Shown here piece after piece: positions 60,466 to 64,000 of a stretch of 64,000 bases of DNA; the stretch's first letter is position 1, and every line of letters starts with the position of its first letter. The stretch is from Antechinus flavipes (taxonomy: Eukaryota). The stretch covers positions 197,532,001 through 197,596,000 of the forward strand of contig NC_067403.1 in NCBI RefSeq assembly GCF_016432865.1, written 5' to 3'. The position numbers were made by a program, and so were the translations under genes. The notes under the pieces are model-generated. The model had not been told where the DNA came from. It ran no database searches and saw only the letters and a list, made by a program, of their open reading frames with translations.

Positions 60466-60751
60466 TTTAGATTTGTCTGAGGGCCTATAAAGTCTAGTCA
60501 GCTCTCTTGGGCGTCTGACTTTTAGCTATATGTGTCCATTATTAGAGATGATGGGATCTTCTTTGTCCTGTCCCATCCTATATATTACTTTGAACCTTAC
60601 ATGTAGTTAAGTTACCACTTATCCTTTCTCTAGCTAGGATCTTAAGATAACTATTTTAATGAACAGACATGAGAAATCTGTAAGATCATTTGCTTCTGTG
60701 AACATGAGTGCTTCATAAGAACAAAGAATCTAAGTACAGGCTAAAATAAAG

Positions 60752-60932
60752 ACTTCCTAACCTGAGGTCCAGGAATAAATTTCAAGGAATCAGTGGACTT
60801 GGTTGGGGGGGAAATTGCAACCTTTTTTTCATTGAAAGTTAGCATTTCTTTTAATTTTGAATGGGAGTGAGCAATGTTATTCAGAGAAGGGGTCTATAAG
60901 CTTGACCACATTGCCAAAAAGGTCCATTGCAT

Positions 60933-60970
<38 letters not shown>

Positions 60971-60981
60971 AGAATTCCTGG
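60752..60981. mobile_element. hAT-Charlie MITE containing a (CA)n run at 60935-60968
   Basis: ttcctaacctgaggtcca...gagaaggggtctataagcttgacc..ctgccaaa-like interior, ending gagaattcctg. Confidence 0.6.
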
Positions 60982-61028
60982 ACTATAGGATGAAGAGTGT
61001 CTAAAAAACAACCTGTCAGAGACACTCA

Positions 61029-61847
61029 TTAGAAATTTTGTTCATACTCTTATGCTTTCCCCAGACCCTTTCTTCATAAGGAATGAAAAGGTTAATGACC
61101 TAGACATTGTCACAAGTTCTGAATCTGAAGGGAAGTTACATGAAAGAAAATTTTTGATCAATAGAATAATAATAGAATAATTTGGCATCTGCAGCCAAAT
61201 GTTTGCCACCATCTTACCTGAAGCTATCTTAGCTACATTTCTTCTCATCCCTAGCTTACATTCTCTATCCCTGAGATGTTTATCTTGTTTACCATGAGAC
61301 AAACATAGATGTCTTTCACTACAGCCTACCTTCAGGGGAGAGTTTTTACACTTTCAGGTTAGGTATAAATATGACACCTGACAAATGCAAAGAGGGGTAT
61401 TATCACATGCTCCCAATCCATAGGCTACCAGCAAAGGTTTTCTTTTGCTACTGACTGAGAATTGGTTTCACAGGGGGAAAAAGCTGAAGAGAAACCCCCA
61501 AAATGGTGCAGTGCAAGATTATTAACTACCATGCTTATTATTTGCCATCTACCTTTAAACTCACAGCTCCACTGGCCTTCCATTTACATGGCATCATATT
61601 TGATTCTACCTGGACGGGTAGAATCTTGCCTTGCTCCTCCTGATCCTGCTCCACCAGAGTCTTTTTTTCCCGATAATGTAAAGCTCTCTTAAGCAAAATT
61701 TATTTAGAAATTTTGTTCATACTCTTATGCTTTCCCCAGACCCTTTCTTCATAAGGAATGAAAAGGTTAATGACCTAGACATTGTCACAAGTTCTGAATC
61801 TGAAGGGAAGTTACATGAAAGAAAATTTTTGATCAATAGAATAATAA
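61029..61847 (+). repeat. Exact 144-bp direct repeat (61029-61172 and 61704-61847)
   Basis: Identical over 144 bp at offset 675, with 531 bp of unrelated sequence between the copies. Confidence 0.95.
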
Positions 61848-63139
61848 CCTTCCTAATTATTAAAATTGTCCCACAATAGAATTGACCCATCTCAGTTCTA
61901 GAATGTATGCTCTATGAGAGCAAGGAGCTCTCATAGAGTTTTACCTAAATGCTTTCCCCTTCATAACGAGCATGATGTTTGGTACATAGAAGACACTTAG
62001 TAATGCTTGTTGGATAAATGAATAAGTAAATGAACAGATAGGTAAAGAATAATTAAATACTATATGAAAAAGATAGCTAATTCCCTTTTACTGGGAATAA
62101 TCAACTATACAAGTATGATAATACATTTAAAGACTTAAAAAAATCCTTGCTTTGAACAGACTATATTTACTTCCAACTGAGAAATGTTATAATTCTTTTA
62201 ACTATAGTTTCATTTAAACTGTTAGAAATGTGGGATGCAGTGTTGGTCTAATTGGCCTCCAAATCTGGCTTATAATCCTTTCTAGCTCACACATTTAATC
62301 ATTCTAAGAGTTGATAGTTCTCCCAAATAAGGTTCTCTGGGAAGATCATATACCCTTTTACCTGACTCCTCTCCACCTTTTCCTCCCACCTCAGCCCACA
62401 TCTGCTCCCCTCTGCCTACTCACAATTGTGTAGGAGCGTGCATGAGGTTCCTTGGTTTTGGAATCTCTAGCCCTCTGTCTAACAGCAACAACCTCACTAC
62501 TCACTGCCTGAACGGCTGGAAAATGAGAAGTGTTCAAAGATAAATGAATCTCTGCCCCAGGCTTGTGTGTGTGCTATCAAGCAATAAATACACCACGGAG
62601 GAAGTGCAAAAAGTAATTAAGGTTAAGAAAGAGGCATATGCAAACTATAAAACATTAGGTAGAAAGGAGGACTAGCAAGATTACAGGGGGAAGTTAAGAG
62701 AGTGTAAAAAGAGCAATAAGGAAAACGATGGAAGAAACTGAGGAGAGCCAGAGGGAGAGGGTCACATCAGAGAGGTGATGGCTAAATTTGTTAAGGAAGA
62801 AGAGTTCAGGGAAGAAGCAGTCATATAAGGATAAGGGATGATGAGGATGAGGATGAGGATGATGGTGAAAAAAAAAGAAGACGACAAGAAGGAGGAGGGA
62901 GAAGTTTTGTGCTTTGCTTATAAGAGACTATGAGACAGGTGGCATATTATTCTCTGGAGGTAGTGTGGTATAGAGAAAAGAGCATGGGATTCAAAGATGG
63001 AGAAACTGGATTAAATCCTAACAGCTACTTACTAGCTATTAACTCAGAGGACCCACTTACCTTTCCTGGTCTTCAATTTTCCCCTCTCTAAAATTAGGGC
63101 ATTTGATCAGAATAAGCTCAAAATGGATTCTGACCCTGA

Positions 63140-63642
63140 ATAGAACAGGTAACCCTCCCTACTATGGCTAGGGGAGAATTCATAACCAAAAAAGAGTGGA
63201 GATCATAGAAGATAAGAATTGATATGAAGAATTATAAGAATTATATGAAGCAGAAAAATCTTTTGCAAAACAAGATCAATAATTAGAATAAGAAGTGAAT
63301 CATGATTGAGAGAACGTCTTTGGACTTATCTCTGATAATTCTGATAGCCTATATAAACAGTTATAGCTAGGGATATATATAGCTATCAATATTGTTATAG
63401 ATATTCACAAATTATAAACAAACTATAATAAAGCTATGAAAATTAAAACTTGCCAAGGTTTTATATCATACCTAGAAAACTGGCAAAAATTACAAAAATA
63501 GAGATAATAACTTGGGGACTGTGGGAAGATAGCATACTAATGCATTGTTGGTGAAGCTGGGAATTGATCCAACAGTTCTGAAAAACAATGTGAAATTATG
63601 TTTCTAAAAGTCACCTAAATGTTCATAATCTTTGACTCAGAT

Positions 63643-63697
<55 letters not shown>

Positions 63698-63870
63698 AAA
63701 TACTTATAGCAACATTTGTATAGCAGCAAAAAGTTGGAAACAAAGTTATTATCCATTGATTGGGAGTGACTAGACATGTGTTTCATGAATGTAAAGGAAT
63801 AAATACCATAAATAAATACCATAAGAAGCAATTAATACATAAAAGCATGGGAAGGCTTATATTAAAAAAG
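63140..63870 (+). mobile_element. Old L1 ORF2 C-terminal fragments with (TA)n at 63646-63695
   Basis: ggggactgtgggaagatagcatactaatgcattgttggtgaagctg...gcaaaaagttggaaacaaag..ccattgattggg. Confidence 0.75.
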
Positions 63871-64000
63871 ATCTGGATGGGAAGGTCAGAAAAACCTGAG
63901 TTCAACTCCAGCCTCAGATAAACTTATTAGCTATGTGACTCTGGGCAAGTCACTTTACCTCTCATTTTCCTCTTCTGTACAATAGAGATACTCATCTCCA

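Noticed and set aside
1-64000. CRISPR arrays, operons or other prokaryotic systems
   Set aside because: No regularly spaced repeat-spacer array and no gene-dense regions; the sequence is mammalian non-coding DNA.

Overview
This is AT-rich, CpG-depleted vertebrate non-coding DNA, not a microbial locus. The repeat content (WSINE1-like and Mar1-like CORE-SINEs, RTE-associated SINEs, marsupial-type L1 3' ends, MIR, L2, L3/CR1, hAT MITEs) points to a marsupial, probably Australian; this is an inference from remembered consensus sequences. I found no protein-coding exon I can support. The supplied ORFs are short and most fall in repeats or low-complexity tracts. There are two assembly gaps (39516-39687 and 51657-51903). 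Between the repeats lie several repeat-free, motif-dense blocks, some retaining CpG, which look like developmental enhancers, so the window is probably a large intron or gene desert of a developmental gene. The most notable sequence-level observations are: a decayed Charlie/Buster-clade hAT transposase fossil (about 30.6-33.9 kb) carrying a multi-layer stack of nested insertions, including a solo LTR with a perfect 6-bp TSD; a perfect 34-bp fold-back inside a MIR; twin 7-bp GAAA-loop palindromes with reciprocal substitutions at 59.9 kb; an exact 144-bp direct repeat 675 bp apart; an older approximately 200-bp local duplication; five minisatellite arrays built from the L3/MIR3 3' end; and a 7SL RNA retrocopy. 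Repeat family names and most repeat boundaries are approximate because no database search was possible. Coordinates for TSDs, palindromes and duplications were read base by base.
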